Part shown: in pieces, positions 18,275 through 28,984 of the stretch
Layout: every line of letters begins with the position of its first letter
Position numbering within the stretch: position 1 is the first letter of the stretch
Source of the DNA: Desulfobacteraceae bacterium Eth-SRB1
GTDB lineage: Bacteria; Desulfobacterota; Desulfobacteria; Desulfobacterales; ETH-SRB1
DNA: 64,000 nucleotides
Reading direction: 5' to 3'
NCBI GenBank assembly: GCA_004193555.1
Contig: RPGP01000029.1
Coordinates: forward strand, 36,093 to 100,092
Made by a program: the position numbers and the translations under genes
The notes under the pieces: generated by a model
Told to the model about the DNA's origin: nothing
Databases searched by the model: none
The model's input: only the letters and a program-made list of their open reading frames with translations

Positions 18275-18366
18275 GTTGATGTCGCTTCGCTCAGCAAGTT
18301 TATAAAACAATCGGAGCAAAGCGACTCCTTAACTTTAGGCACTTTAGCTCACTTTAGGCACTTTAA
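18275..18366. repeat. Family B palindromic element (partial)
   Basis: GTCGCTTCGCTC...GAGCAAAGCGAC hairpin followed by TAACTTTAGGCACTTTAGCTCACTTTAGGCAC. Confidence 0.75.
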
Positions 18367-18377
18367 ACTTCTTTCTT

Positions 18378-18869
18378 ATGATATCTAAACAGATTCAGAT
18401 AATAACAGAATCTCTTGAAGAAACGCAGGCTTTGGGCCGGAAGATAGGCATGTTGCTTGAGGCCGGAACGGTTGTAGCCTTAAGCGGCGATCTTGGAAGC
18501 GGAAAAACCGTTTTTGTCCAGGGACTGGCAAGAGGGCTTGATGTTCCGAATGAATATTATATAACCAGCCCCACCTATACTTTACTTAATGAATATCCTG
18601 GAAGATATACTCTTTTCCATGTTGATCTTTATCGCATTGAAAATCCGGTTGATTTAGAAGATATCGGACTATACGAAACAATTGATAGTGATGGTGTAGT
18701 AGCCGTTGAATGGGCAGATAAACTACAAAAAGATTTTTTGTCAGAATATATTGCCCTGCATTTTGAAATTTTAGGCGATGAATCACGAAAAATTGTTATT
18801 ACTGGATATGGACATGAAAGATGCGATCTGATAGAGAAAATACAAAAAATATATGAGGAGAAGACATGA
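18378..18869 (+). CDS. tsaE: tRNA threonylcarbamoyladenosine biosynthesis ATPase
   Basis: GDLGSGKT, SPTYTL, HVDLYR. Confidence 0.95.
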   Translation: MISKQIQIITESLEETQALGRKIGMLLEAGTVVALSGDLGSGKTVFVQGLARGLDVPNEYYITSPTYTLLNEYPGRYTLFHVDLYRIENPVDLEDIGLYETIDSDGVVAVEWADKLQKDFLSEYIALHFEILGDESRKIVITGYGHERCDLIEKIQKIYEEKT

Positions 18870-20083
18870 GTTTGATTGTTCAAAAATTCGGCGGCACTTC
18901 AGTGGCTGATCTAAAGCGGATACGAAGTGTCGCAGAACGGGTTGCAAAAAGCTTTGATCAGGGCAACGATGTGGTTGTTATCCTTTCAGCCATGGCAGGT
19001 GTTACGGACGACTTGATCGACATGGCAAATCAGGTTACTGTTTTACCTGATAAGCGCGAGCTGGACGTTCTGCTTGCTACAGGTGAGCAGACAACCGCAG
19101 CTCTTCTCGCTATGACTTTGCAGTCGATGTCCTATCCGGCTAAATCCATATTAGGGTATCAGGCAGAAATTATTACCAACTGTAATCATGGCAGCGCCCG
19201 TATTGTTAAAATAGGGGCTGATCGTATAAAGGAGCTTATTGAAAAACGTAATATAGTAGTGATGGCAGGATTTCAGGGATGTGACCCGGAAGGCAACATA
19301 ACGACTCTTGGACGTGGCGGCTCAGACACATCGGCTGTGGCAATAGCTGCGGCAATTAAAGCAGATACATGTGAAATATTTACAGACGTTGACGGCATAT
19401 ATACCGCTGATCCAAATGTTTGCGAGAAGGCAAGAAAACTCAGCGCAATCTCTTATGATGAAATGCTTGAAATGTCGGGCCTTGGCGCCAAGGTTTTACA
19501 GATTCGATCCGTTGAATTTGCCAAAAAATATAATGTCCCTGTGCATGTAAGATCATCATTCAGCGAGGAGGAAGGCACAATGGTTGTTAATGAAGATTCG
19601 AGTATGGAGCGTCTAATTGTATCAGGCATAACACACAACAAAGATACCGCCCGTATAACCCTGAAAAAGGTTTTGGATCAACCCGGGGTGGCTGCGAAGA
19701 TTTTTTCGCCTATTGCCGACGCAAAAATACTTGTGGACATGATTATCCAGAACACCCGTGCCGAAGGGCTGACCGACCTGACATTTACTGTTTCAAAAAA
19801 GGATTTCAGCAAGGCGCTGGAAATAGAAAAGCAGGTAGCAAAAGAGATTGGGGCTGAAAAGGTATTTGGCGACGAAAGTATCGCGAAGGTATCTGTTACC
19901 GGCGTTGGAATGAGGAGTCATTCAGGCGTGGCATCAAAGATGTTCACGACTCTTGCCGGTGAAAATATAAATATTATTATGATAAGCACGTCAGAAATCA
20001 GGATTTCCTGTATAATAGAGGAAAAATATGCTGAGCTGGCTGTGCGCGTTCTTCATAAGGCATTTGGGCTGGATAAAGATTGA
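18866..20083 (+). CDS. lysC: Aspartate kinase
   Basis: VQKFGGTSV, TLGRGGSDTSA, two ACT domains. Confidence 0.97.
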   Translation: MSLIVQKFGGTSVADLKRIRSVAERVAKSFDQGNDVVVILSAMAGVTDDLIDMANQVTVLPDKRELDVLLATGEQTTAALLAMTLQSMSYPAKSILGYQAEIITNCNHGSARIVKIGADRIKELIEKRNIVVMAGFQGCDPEGNITTLGRGGSDTSAVAIAAAIKADTCEIFTDVDGIYTADPNVCEKARKLSAISYDEMLEMSGLGAKVLQIRSVEFAKKYNVPVHVRSSFSEEEGTMVVNEDSSMERLIVSGITHNKDTARITLKKVLDQPGVAAKIFSPIADAKILVDMIIQNTRAEGLTDLTFTVSKKDFSKALEIEKQVAKEIGAEKVFGDESIAKVSVTGVGMRSHSGVASKMFTTLAGENINIIMISTSEIRISCIIEEKYAELAVRVLHKAFGLDKD

Positions 20084-20215
20084 TGGCGTCGTAAAAAGTC
20101 CCAAAAACGTCATGTCGGACTTGATCCGGCATCCAGAACCTATTGAATTTACTGGATCCCGGCTTTCGCCGGAATGACGAAAAATGGTGTTTTTGGACTT
20201 TTTACGAGACCATCA
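20081..20215. mobile_element. 135-bp MITE (family A) with 21-bp TIR and AGAT duplication
   Basis: TGATGGCGTCGTAAAAAGTCC / GGACTTTTTACGAGACCATCA; AGAT at 20077-20080 and 20216-20219; internal dRS3-like palindrome. Confidence 0.8.
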
Positions 20216-20338
20216 AGATTAGGGATTAGAAAAGACAGACGTCGGAGGTCAGAGAACCAATAATACTGAACCCCGAACTCTTGAACTTCAAAATCTTCCT
20301 GTGCTTCGTGGTAAAAAGTAGGACTGGAGAACAAAAAA

Positions 20339-21649
20339 ATGGTAACATTTGATTCTTTGATTGCGCGTGAGGATAAAATTGTTGTTGTTGGTCTGGGATA
20401 TGTAGGCCTTCCTTTGGCTGTGCATTTGTCAAAACATTTTGAAGTGGTTGGTTATGATTTTAACTCAGGCAGAATTAAAGAACTTAAATCAGGGCATGAT
20501 CGGACTCTGGAGGTGTCTGAGAAGGAGATTCTTGAAACAGAAATTAATTTTTCAAGTAATCCAGAGGATATTTCTTTATGCAGCCTGATTATCGTCGCTG
20601 TTCCCACGCCTATTGACGAATACCGTATACCTGATTTGAAGCCTTTACGCATGGCTTCGGCAATGGTTGGAAAATACATGGTAAAAGATTCATGCATAGT
20701 ATTCGAATCAACGGTTTATCCCGGTGCTACCGAAGAGGTTTGCGTTCCTATTCTGGAACTCGAGTCAGGCTTAAAGATAGAAGCAGACTTTACGGTTGGT
20801 TATTCTCCTGAACGGATTAATCCCGGGGATAAAGAGCATACTATTGAAAATGTCGTAAAAATTGTTTCCGGTTCAGACTCTGACACATCCGATCTTTTAT
20901 ATAAAGTTTACGGCAAAATAGTAAAGGCAGGCATACATCTTGCGTCTTCGATTAAGGTGGCCGAGGCAGCCAAGGTTATAGAAAATACCCAGAGAGACAT
21001 AAACATTGCCCTTGTCAATGAACTTTCCATGATTTTTCAAAAAATCGGGATAGATACATTAGAGGTGCTTGAGGCAGCCGGCACCAAATGGAACTTTCTT
21101 CCTTTTAGGCCCGGACTTGTGGGTGGGCACTGTATAGGGGTTGATCCGTACTATTTGACTTTTAAGGCTGAATCGTTGGGATATCATCCTGAGATGATAC
21201 TGGCAGGCCGCAGGATAAATGACAGCATGGGCAAATATGTTTCTGAGCGGGTCGTCAAGATGCTTATTAAAGCAGGCAAGAAGGTTTGCGGCGCAAAAAT
21301 TGCTATACTGGGAATTACCTTTAAGGAGGATGTCCCGGACATGAGGAATACTAAAGTTGTGGATGTTATAGATGAGCTCAGGGACTATGGAATAGAGGTT
21401 TTTGTGCATGATCCCCTTGCTGATGCTGAAGAAGCCAACAAATATTATGGAGTTGAGTTAAAGAGTATGGACAGGCTTGCTGGAGTTGATGCCGTAATTT
21501 TAGCGGTTTCACACAAACTTTACAAGGAGCTTGGTTTTTCAGGCATAGCCGGTTTATGCCAAAACAAGATTCCGATCGTTATAGATTTGAAAGCTGTTTT
21601 CAGTTACAGTGAGGCGGAAAAAATGAATGTAAGATATTGGAGACTTTAG
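20339..21649 (+). CDS. Nucleotide-sugar dehydrogenase (TviB/WbpO-like)
   Basis: GLGYVG, ESTVYPG, GGHCIGVDP. Confidence 0.92.
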   Translation: MVTFDSLIAREDKIVVVGLGYVGLPLAVHLSKHFEVVGYDFNSGRIKELKSGHDRTLEVSEKEILETEINFSSNPEDISLCSLIIVAVPTPIDEYRIPDLKPLRMASAMVGKYMVKDSCIVFESTVYPGATEEVCVPILELESGLKIEADFTVGYSPERINPGDKEHTIENVVKIVSGSDSDTSDLLYKVYGKIVKAGIHLASSIKVAEAAKVIENTQRDINIALVNELSMIFQKIGIDTLEVLEAAGTKWNFLPFRPGLVGGHCIGVDPYYLTFKAESLGYHPEMILAGRRINDSMGKYVSERVVKMLIKAGKKVCGAKIAILGITFKEDVPDMRNTKVVDVIDELRDYGIEVFVHDPLADAEEANKYYGVELKSMDRLAGVDAVILAVSHKLYKELGFSGIAGLCQNKIPIVIDLKAVFSYSEAEKMNVRYWRL

Positions 21650-22212
21650 ATTATATTCGGCTTTTCAACATAATTCTTGAGCCACCATGAATCCCAGTCA
21701 GTTTTCATAATGCTTTTTGCAAGTTTTTCCCCTGTCTTTGTTTGCAGGCGTTTTAACACAAATTGCAGCCATTTCTTTGGAGGTTCGTAGCCGGTGTCGA
21801 TTAACTGTTTCAACTCAAGAATAAATGCGAGTTGGTCAGCGTCATGCGCGAGGTTGGCCTCTTTAGTTTTGTCTTCATTGAATTCATGCATTAAGCCTGC
21901 GAGGGATCGTCCAAAAGGAAGGTCTGCGGTTGTATCTTCCACAGCCTTATTTGTATCCGGGGTTACATATTGTTTATGCACGTAATTAAGATCCCCGATT
22001 TTTGCTTCAGACAGGTCGTGCACAAGACACATCGATATCAGCCTGAGAGCATCGACACCAGTCTCTAAGTTTGATATTACATATCCGATAAATGTTGTAA
22101 TAAATGAATGTTCAGCTACAGACTCTTTGCCAAGGCCGAGAAAATGAAATCCGGATCTGGGAACCTCTTTTAGCATTTTTGCTTCGAACAGAAGATTTGC
22201 AATATGTTTCAT
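21646..22212 (-). CDS. HD domain hydrolase (YfbR-like)
   Basis: ESVAEHS, CLVHDLSE, DADQL. Confidence 0.88.
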   Translation of the reverse strand: MKHIANLLFEAKMLKEVPRSGFHFLGLGKESVAEHSFITTFIGYVISNLETGVDALRLISMCLVHDLSEAKIGDLNYVHKQYVTPDTNKAVEDTTADLPFGRSLAGLMHEFNEDKTKEANLAHDADQLAFILELKQLIDTGYEPPKKWLQFVLKRLQTKTGEKLAKSIMKTDWDSWWLKNYVEKPNII

Positions 22213-22580
22213 GATCGCTCCCGATAATTTGACAGATTAATATGGCATCATAAAAAATTAAAAAACTTTCTTTTGCAGAATGAGTTAGGTGTTAAGATTT
22301 TGGCAAACCAGATAATTATTTCAACACGCAACCTGATGAATTCGGTTTTTTACGAATTCATCCGCATTATAACATAGTGAAATTAAAGAACAAGCAAATT
22401 TGTTGACAGAACAGGCAAGTTTATATAATTTTAATAATTCAATATTTGCTATAACATCAATTCAGCTTTTAGCAGTTAGCACAACAATTTCAATATATTT
22501 TTATAGCCACATAAAGAGACTTGAAAAATGTTCAATTTTGCAAAGGTCTCATAAAATTATTAGAGAAACCGGAGTTATTT

Positions 22581-23306
22581 ATGATTCAAACCAACATAAT
22601 CAATATGATAATTAATGCCGGACTAATGGTGCAGTTTGTGCTGCTTCTCCTGCTCTTTTTTTCCATAACATCGTGGGCAATCATGATAATCAAATATCGA
22701 TATCTTAGAAGGGCATTTAAAGAATCGGTGCTTTTTACCGATTTTTTCTGGAAAAGCAGGGATCTTTCCGATGCTTTTGCAAGAGCAAAGCATCTTCACG
22801 GCAGCCCTGTTGCCAAGGTTTTCAGGGTGGGATATCTTGAGCTGAAAAAATTAAGCCAGTCCAGCGCTCCGGTTTCAACACATTCAAGTGAGTCGGCGAC
22901 TTATTCCCTGGGCGCTAACTTTGCCTCTGTTGACAATGTTAAAAGAGCTTTGCGCAGAGCTATAAATACAGAGACAACCAGAATGACCAAAATGGTTCCT
23001 TTCTTAGCGACAACAGGAAACACAACACCTTTTATCGGTTTGTTCGGGACTGTATGGGGTATTATGAATTCATTTCATGGAATCGGTTTAAGAGGTTCGG
23101 CCAGCCTTGCTGTTGTAGCCCCTGGGATTTCTGAGGCACTTATTGCGACTGCGGCAGGGTTGGCAGTTGCAATACCGGCTGTTATAGGTTTTAATTATTT
23201 TATGCAGAAGATAAGCATTCTTGAGACCGAATTGCAGGGATTTGCCGCAGATTTCCTAAATATTCTTGAACGGGATATCATAAGGGAAAAGGAGAACAAT
23301 CGATGA
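22581..23306 (+). CDS. tolQ: Tol-Pal subunit TolQ
   Basis: TPFIGLFGTVWGIM, APGISEALIATA; GGAG RBS before ATG22581. Confidence 0.95.
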   Translation: MIQTNIINMIINAGLMVQFVLLLLLFFSITSWAIMIIKYRYLRRAFKESVLFTDFFWKSRDLSDAFARAKHLHGSPVAKVFRVGYLELKKLSQSSAPVSTHSSESATYSLGANFASVDNVKRALRRAINTETTRMTKMVPFLATTGNTTPFIGLFGTVWGIMNSFHGIGLRGSASLAVVAPGISEALIATAAGLAVAIPAVIGFNYFMQKISILETELQGFAADFLNILERDIIREKENNR

Positions 23307-23737
23307 CTTATGGAGGCAAAAACAACCAACTCATGTCCGATATAAACGTGACACCATTTGTTGATGTTATGCTCGTTCTTTTAATTATTTTTATGGTAAC
23401 TGCACCCATGATGGTACAGGGTGTAAATGTTTCCTTGCCGGAAACGACTTCTGAGCAGCTACCTTCAAAAGAAGAGCATCTTGTAATTACTATCGACATC
23501 AATAATAAAATTTATATTAATGATTATCAGGTGACAATCGATTTTCTGCAGGAAAAACTGATTAAAATATTTAATGGCCGCAGTGACCGTGAGGTTTATC
23601 TCCGTGCCGATAAAGGGATACCGTATGGAATGGTGGTGCGTGTCATGTCGGAAATAAAGGGAGCCGGGGTCGAGAGATTAGGCATGGTGACAGAGCCTGT
23701 TATTCACAAAAACAAAAAAAAAGAGCTTAAAAGCTAA
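23303..23737 (+). CDS. tolR: Tol-Pal subunit TolR
   Basis: DINVTPFVDVMLVLLIIFM, LRADK. Confidence 0.95.
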   Translation: MTYGGKNNQLMSDINVTPFVDVMLVLLIIFMVTAPMMVQGVNVSLPETTSEQLPSKEEHLVITIDINNKIYINDYQVTIDFLQEKLIKIFNGRSDREVYLRADKGIPYGMVVRVMSEIKGAGVERLGMVTEPVIHKNKKKELKS

Positions 23738-23760
23738 AAAAGCTTTAAAGCTAATGGCAG

Positions 23761-24666
23761 ATGAAAGAAAATATGCATGCACATGCTTATTTGCTTTTTG
23801 GGCTGGAAGATAACCCTCGCGCATTATTTTTAACTTTTACTTTTTCAATTATATGCCATCTGATTTTCTTTGCTGTTTTAATATTAGCGCCGGGATATAA
23901 GCCTTACAGTAAATATTCGCCTTCTGTGATAAATGTTAGAATGGTTGCTTTACCGGCTTATGATGCAGCGCAGGGGTCGGGCGGGGAAATTGCGGCTAAA
24001 CAGCAACAACAGGTCCCAAGGCAAAAAAAGGCTCAGGTTTCCGGAAAATTAAAAGAAGCAGCCGTAAGAATAGCCGATAAGTCCTCAAAAGCTGTTTCAA
24101 TTGCGCCAAAAAGCAAAAAGATAAAAAAATCGCTGAAAAAGAAGACCTTTAAATCTTCAAAGGTGGTTAAAAGCGCGATAGCAGCCATCGAAAAAAAGGT
24201 TGAAGAGTCAAGACCGGATCCGGTTGCCGAGGCGATTGACAGATTAAAAAGCAAGGTAAAAAAAAGCGGGAGAATTGGTCAGCCAGGGCATAAAGCAGGG
24301 AAAGGTTCAGGCCGATCCGGAGCGGGGATAACAGGTGGATCAGGCGCCGGAGGCAGACACGCGCTGGAATTAATAGATATTTATAGAGTTGAAATTGCTT
24401 ACCAGATTCAAAAAAACTGGGCATTTTCCGAGTCATTGGCAGGAGGGCGCACAGATCTTGTGGTTGAGCTGGCATTTACCGTCATGCCAGGCGGTGAGAT
24501 AAAGGATATATGGTTTGATACAAGATCCGGGAACCGGTATTTAGACGAATCCGCTTATAAGGCCGTTATGAAATCAAATCCTGTAAGCCCGCATCCGCCT
24601 GGACTTTCAGAAAAGGTTGTTTATGTTGGTTTAAGATTTGGCCCTAAAGGTGCGAAACTTGAGTAA
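23761..24666 (+). CDS. tolA: TolA-like energy transducer (TonB C-terminal domain)
   Basis: TM anchor, Lys-rich linker, C-terminal SGNRYLDESA; located between tolR and tolB. Confidence 0.8.
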   Translation: MKENMHAHAYLLFGLEDNPRALFLTFTFSIICHLIFFAVLILAPGYKPYSKYSPSVINVRMVALPAYDAAQGSGGEIAAKQQQQVPRQKKAQVSGKLKEAAVRIADKSSKAVSIAPKSKKIKKSLKKKTFKSSKVVKSAIAAIEKKVEESRPDPVAEAIDRLKSKVKKSGRIGQPGHKAGKGSGRSGAGITGGSGAGGRHALELIDIYRVEIAYQIQKNWAFSESLAGGRTDLVVELAFTVMPGGEIKDIWFDTRSGNRYLDESAYKAVMKSNPVSPHPPGLSEKVVYVGLRFGPKGAKLE

Positions 24667-24679
24667 AGAAGCTTCATCT

Positions 24680-26026
24680 ATGTTGAGTTACAACGGACAA
24701 CGGAATTTGGGTTTTAATATAATCGGCTTAATAGCTGTAATACACCTTTTTTTTATTGGACCTGCTTTGTGTCAAGCAGGATACGATTATATTGATATAA
24801 ATAATCCTTTTTTACGAAAGATACCGATTGCCATTCCTCTATTTAAAACAGTATCTGAAAGTCCTGTTGAGAAACGGATGTCGAACAAGTCATCCGATTT
24901 GCTTTCCGAGACTTTGAAATTTACAGGTTATTTTAAAATTCTTGATCAGGATGCTTTCCTTGTTGATCCGGAGAAATCCGGCATAATTGCTTCAAATATA
25001 AATTTTCAAAACTGGACAAGCATCGGCGCTGAGCTTTTGATAACCGGTGGCCTTCAGATTAACGGGGATATCGTTGAGATGGAGCTCAGGCTCTATGATC
25101 CATTTAAAGGGAGATTGCTTGTCGGCAAAAAATACAAGGGGCGGATAAGCGATCAACGTAAAATAATCCGGCGTTTTTGCAGTGAAGTGATATATATAAT
25201 GACCGGCAAAAGAGGTATCTTTGATAGCAAAATAGCTTTTATATCAACGGGTTCTGGGAATAAGGAGATATATATATGTGAATTTGACGGAAACAATCCC
25301 GTACAGAAAACCCGAACAAAAAATATTACTCTTTCGCCGGCCTGGTCATCGGACGGGAAATGGATAGCTTATACTGCCTATAAAAGAGGCAAACCTGATC
25401 TTTACATAGAACATTTAAAAGAGAAACGCGGCGTAGTGGTTGCAAAAAAGGGTATTAATATAACACCGGCATGGGTTCCGGGCAAATTTGCACTGGCAGC
25501 AACCCTTTCTTATTCAGGAGACCCTGAAATTTATATGTTGACCGGAACCGGTAAAATTATTAAAAGATTAACATATAATATGGGAATTGATGTTTCGCCT
25601 GTCTGGTCTCCGGATGGCGCTAAAATGGCCTTTGTCTCGAACAGGTCAGGAACCCCCCAGATTTATATCTTGGACATTGAATCAAGAAAGGTTGCAAGGT
25701 TAACTTTTCATGGTCGTTACAATACTTCGCCGAGCTGGTCGCCGGATGGAGACAGGATAGCATATGCTGCTATGAAAAACGGGCAGTTCAATATATATGT
25801 GATCAGCGCTGATGGTGGTGATCCGATCCAGTTGACATATAATGAGGGTGATAGTGAGACCCCTTCATGGTCTCCTGATGGAAGTCTTATTGTATTTTCT
25901 TCGACACGGGAGGGGGCCAGCAGACTTTATGTAATGACTTCTTACGGAACCGATCAAAGGCGTTTGCTTGCTTTGCCCGGTGAGCAGACAAGCCCGAGAT
26001 GGTCACCGAACTGTATTAATAATTGA
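24680..26026 (+). CDS. tolB: Tol-Pal beta-propeller protein TolB
   Basis: Repeated PxWSPDG (PD40) motifs. Confidence 0.95.
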   Translation: MLSYNGQRNLGFNIIGLIAVIHLFFIGPALCQAGYDYIDINNPFLRKIPIAIPLFKTVSESPVEKRMSNKSSDLLSETLKFTGYFKILDQDAFLVDPEKSGIIASNINFQNWTSIGAELLITGGLQINGDIVEMELRLYDPFKGRLLVGKKYKGRISDQRKIIRRFCSEVIYIMTGKRGIFDSKIAFISTGSGNKEIYICEFDGNNPVQKTRTKNITLSPAWSSDGKWIAYTAYKRGKPDLYIEHLKEKRGVVVAKKGINITPAWVPGKFALAATLSYSGDPEIYMLTGTGKIIKRLTYNMGIDVSPVWSPDGAKMAFVSNRSGTPQIYILDIESRKVARLTFHGRYNTSPSWSPDGDRIAYAAMKNGQFNIYVISADGGDPIQLTYNEGDSETPSWSPDGSLIVFSSTREGASRLYVMTSYGTDQRRLLALPGEQTSPRWSPNCINN

Positions 26027-26219
26027 CTAACATATTAGCCCGTTAAGAAAATTAGGATAACAGGATAAACAAGATTTTACCTGCCTGTGCGTAGCACGCA
26101 GATAGATTTCAAGTGAACAAGCGAGATTAAGCCTCACTTTAGCTGTCCAGTAAATCATAAAAATCATAGTTTGAGTAGGGTGTACAAATGAAATGCAAAG
26201 AATTGATCAACAAATCATT

Positions 26220-26516
26220 ACTCAAGTTTTGCACCCTTTAATTTAGCCAAAGCGTTGGACGGTAAGGGCTAAAAATAAATTTTTAAAGCGAAATATACTA
26301 CCTGTAGTTTTAACGGCGGCGACAATCAATTAATATAAGATTGATGCTTAATACATCGTTAAATTCAATATGTTATATCTCCTTTGCGCCTGATCATAAT
26401 GTATAGCAAACAGGTTGCTGGTTACAAAATATAAGCAAATGATTTCGCTGTAAAAATGTTATTTTCAACCCTTACCGTCTTGACATTGATGGGAATTAAG
26501 GGTGCGAAACTTGAGT
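26220..26516. mobile_element. 297-bp MITE (family C) with about 23-bp TIR and CATT duplication
   Basis: ACTCAAGTTTTGCACCCTTTAATT / AATTAAGGGTGCGAAACTTGAGT; inner inverted pair GACGGTAAGGG / CCCTTACCGTC; CATT at 26216-26219 and 26517-26520. Confidence 0.8.
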
Positions 26517-26760
26517 CATTAGTTGCGCATACAGAGATTACAAGCGAATGGATTGGTTTTTAGATTTAATTATTATTAATTTTGGTGAACGGAAAGTTGA
26601 AATCACGTGTAGCGCAGGCGCTTGCGCCGCGTGAACGCAACTTAATGGATTTTAATGAGGATTTACAGGATGTGTTTTCATATTTTAATCCTGAATATCC
26701 TGTTAATCCTGTCAAAAAGTCTTTTTGAAAGACCTAAATTGATTGAAAAAGGAGGACGAA

Positions 26761-27336
26761 ATGCGAAAAAAAATGTGGATAGTTTTGGCTCTGTTACTTG
26801 TAATTCCTGGTTTGTTGTTTACCGCTTCATGTGCAAAAAAGGCGGTTAAATCTGAGCCTGCTGTAACCCAGACGGCTGAGGATGAAGCGGCAAGAGCGGT
26901 TGCTGAAAAGGCAAGGCAGGAAGAGCTGGCCAAACAGCGTGCTTTAGAGGTGAAGCGCCTTAAAGAAGAAGCGGCAATGCGCGAGAAGATGGCAGCCAGG
27001 AATATTTTCATTAATGAAGATATTTACTTTGACTTTGACAAGTCTAATCTTCTTCCGTTGGCGCAGGATATTTTAAGAAGGAAGGCTGACTGGTTGTGGA
27101 GTAATGCCGGGGCCTCCGTGATTATTGAAGGTCACTGTGATGAACGCGGCACAAACGAGTATAACCTTGCCTTGGGAGACAGACGCGCTGAAAGTGCACG
27201 AAGCTTCCTTGTCGATCTTGGTATCGCAGGTTCGCGATTGACGACTATAAGCTATGGCGAGGAAAGTCCTGTTGATTCCGGTCATAATGAAGAATCATGG
27301 GCAAAGAACAGGCGAGCACATTTTATTATAGAATAG
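26761..27336 (+). CDS. pal: Peptidoglycan-associated lipoprotein Pal
   Basis: Lipobox FTASC, YFDFDK, EGHCDERGT, KNRRA. Confidence 0.96.
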   Translation: MRKKMWIVLALLLVIPGLLFTASCAKKAVKSEPAVTQTAEDEAARAVAEKARQEELAKQRALEVKRLKEEAAMREKMAARNIFINEDIYFDFDKSNLLPLAQDILRRKADWLWSNAGASVIIEGHCDERGTNEYNLALGDRRAESARSFLVDLGIAGSRLTTISYGEESPVDSGHNEESWAKNRRAHFIIE

Positions 27337-27453
27337 ATTGCTTAAGCAGGAAATTGGTCGAGTGGTTGAGTAGGGAATTGGTTGAGTAGGAGCTATTCGA
27401 CCACTCAACTACTCGACTACTCAAGCGAAATCCGGGAACTTTATCGGTTTGCT

Positions 27454-28311
27454 ATGAAATCCTTTATTGTATTCATTATTACATGTCTCACAATGTTGTG
27501 CGGGTGCGCATTACAGCAGGATGTTATTTCACTCTATGATCGTGTGGGTGTACTCGAACAGCGCCAGAATGATCTGGAAAAGTGGGGAGAAGAATTTGAG
27601 AAAGTGCGGCTTAAGTCTCTGACTGAAGAGTATGATAAGACCCAGGAAGAAAGGGATCGTCGTTTCAGAGATCAATATGCCCAGTTGCATGTTATGCTCA
27701 ATAAGCTTAGTGAGGATATCCGCACCTTAAATGGGAAACTAGAAGAAACCGACTATCTGTTAAAACGGAAAGTGGAGAATATTGAAGCTTCGGATAAGAA
27801 AAGAAAGAATAAATTGGACCAAATAGGGGGAGTTGCAGGTTTAAATAAGGATCGTATTATATATCTGGAAAAGTATTTGAACCTTGAACCTTCCGGAGCC
27901 GGTCCGGCAATTGAGGGTAAGGGCGTGGCTGAAAAGGATTTTTCAGAAAGTGAAATTTACACATTTGCTAAAAAGGCATTTGATCAAGGCGATCTTGAAG
28001 TTGCGCTTGGAGGTTTTAAAAAACTGATAGAAAAATATCCAAATTCGAAAAATGCAGATAACGCACAATTCTGGATTGGTGAAATATATTATCGTGAGAA
28101 GCACTATGAAAATGCAATATTAGAATACCAGAAGGTAATAAAAGGATATCCAAAAGGGAATAAGGTGTCGGCTGCTCTTTTAAAACAGGGATTCGCCTTT
28201 CTACTGCTCGGAGACAAGGGGAATGCCCGTCTTATTTTAAAAGAATTGACAGTAAAATATCCAAAATCCAGTGAAGCTAAGATAGCATTACAGAAGTTAA
28301 AGGGATTTTGA
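27454..28311 (+). CDS. cpoB: Tol-Pal system protein CpoB/YbgF
   Basis: Lipobox LCGC, coiled coil, TPRs (ADNAQFWIGE). The ORF-track start at 27382 lies in a repeat. Confidence 0.9.
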   Translation: MKSFIVFIITCLTMLCGCALQQDVISLYDRVGVLEQRQNDLEKWGEEFEKVRLKSLTEEYDKTQEERDRRFRDQYAQLHVMLNKLSEDIRTLNGKLEETDYLLKRKVENIEASDKKRKNKLDQIGGVAGLNKDRIIYLEKYLNLEPSGAGPAIEGKGVAEKDFSESEIYTFAKKAFDQGDLEVALGGFKKLIEKYPNSKNADNAQFWIGEIYYREKHYENAILEYQKVIKGYPKGNKVSAALLKQGFAFLLLGDKGNARLILKELTVKYPKSSEAKIALQKLKGF

Positions 28312-28350
28312 GGCATTTTTCAAAGGTTTTGACAAGTTGTCCATGAGCAT

Positions 28351-28836
28351 ATGATTATCAAAGCCATCGGTATAGATCCAGGTCTGTCCGCAACAGGTAT
28401 TGGTATTGTCAGGGGAAGAGGATTGAAGATTGATGGCTGTTCCTATGGCAGCATTAATACTCCCAAAAACATTCCTTTGTCTGCTCGCCTCAATCAAATC
28501 TTTTCCAGCCTTCTTAAAGTATTGGAGGATGAAAAACCGGACATTATGGTTGTAGAGGATATATTTTCTCTGCATAAGTATCCGAATGCCGGTATAACAT
28601 TGGGTAAGGTTACAGGTGTAATTCTTCTTGCTGGAGGCCATGTTAATGTGCCTGTTACAGAAGTCCCTGTTCGTGAAGCCAAACAGGTTTTGACAGGGAA
28701 CGGTAATGCAAGTAAGATGCAGCTTGAAAAGGCGGTCAGGCATTTATTAAACCTGTCGGACCCCATTAAGCCTTACCATGCTTCAGATGCGTTAGGCCTT
28801 GCTCTTATTGGCCTTTATCGATATAAAGGAATTTAA
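28351..28836 (+). CDS. ruvC: Holliday junction resolvase
   Basis: IGIDPG, VVEDIF, KQVLTGNGNASK, DALGLA. Confidence 0.95.
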   Translation: MIIKAIGIDPGLSATGIGIVRGRGLKIDGCSYGSINTPKNIPLSARLNQIFSSLLKVLEDEKPDIMVVEDIFSLHKYPNAGITLGKVTGVILLAGGHVNVPVTEVPVREAKQVLTGNGNASKMQLEKAVRHLLNLSDPIKPYHASDALGLALIGLYRYKGI

Positions 28837-28984
28837 GGATTGAGGGATTAAGGGATTGGGGGAATTGAAATCAATAGAATACCCTAAATTTCTAAATTTC
28901 TAAATCCCTAAATCTTTTATCTTGATAGTATAGGAATTTCCATTTTATGCCTAATGAACTCGGTATCATAGGATATAGGTGAAT

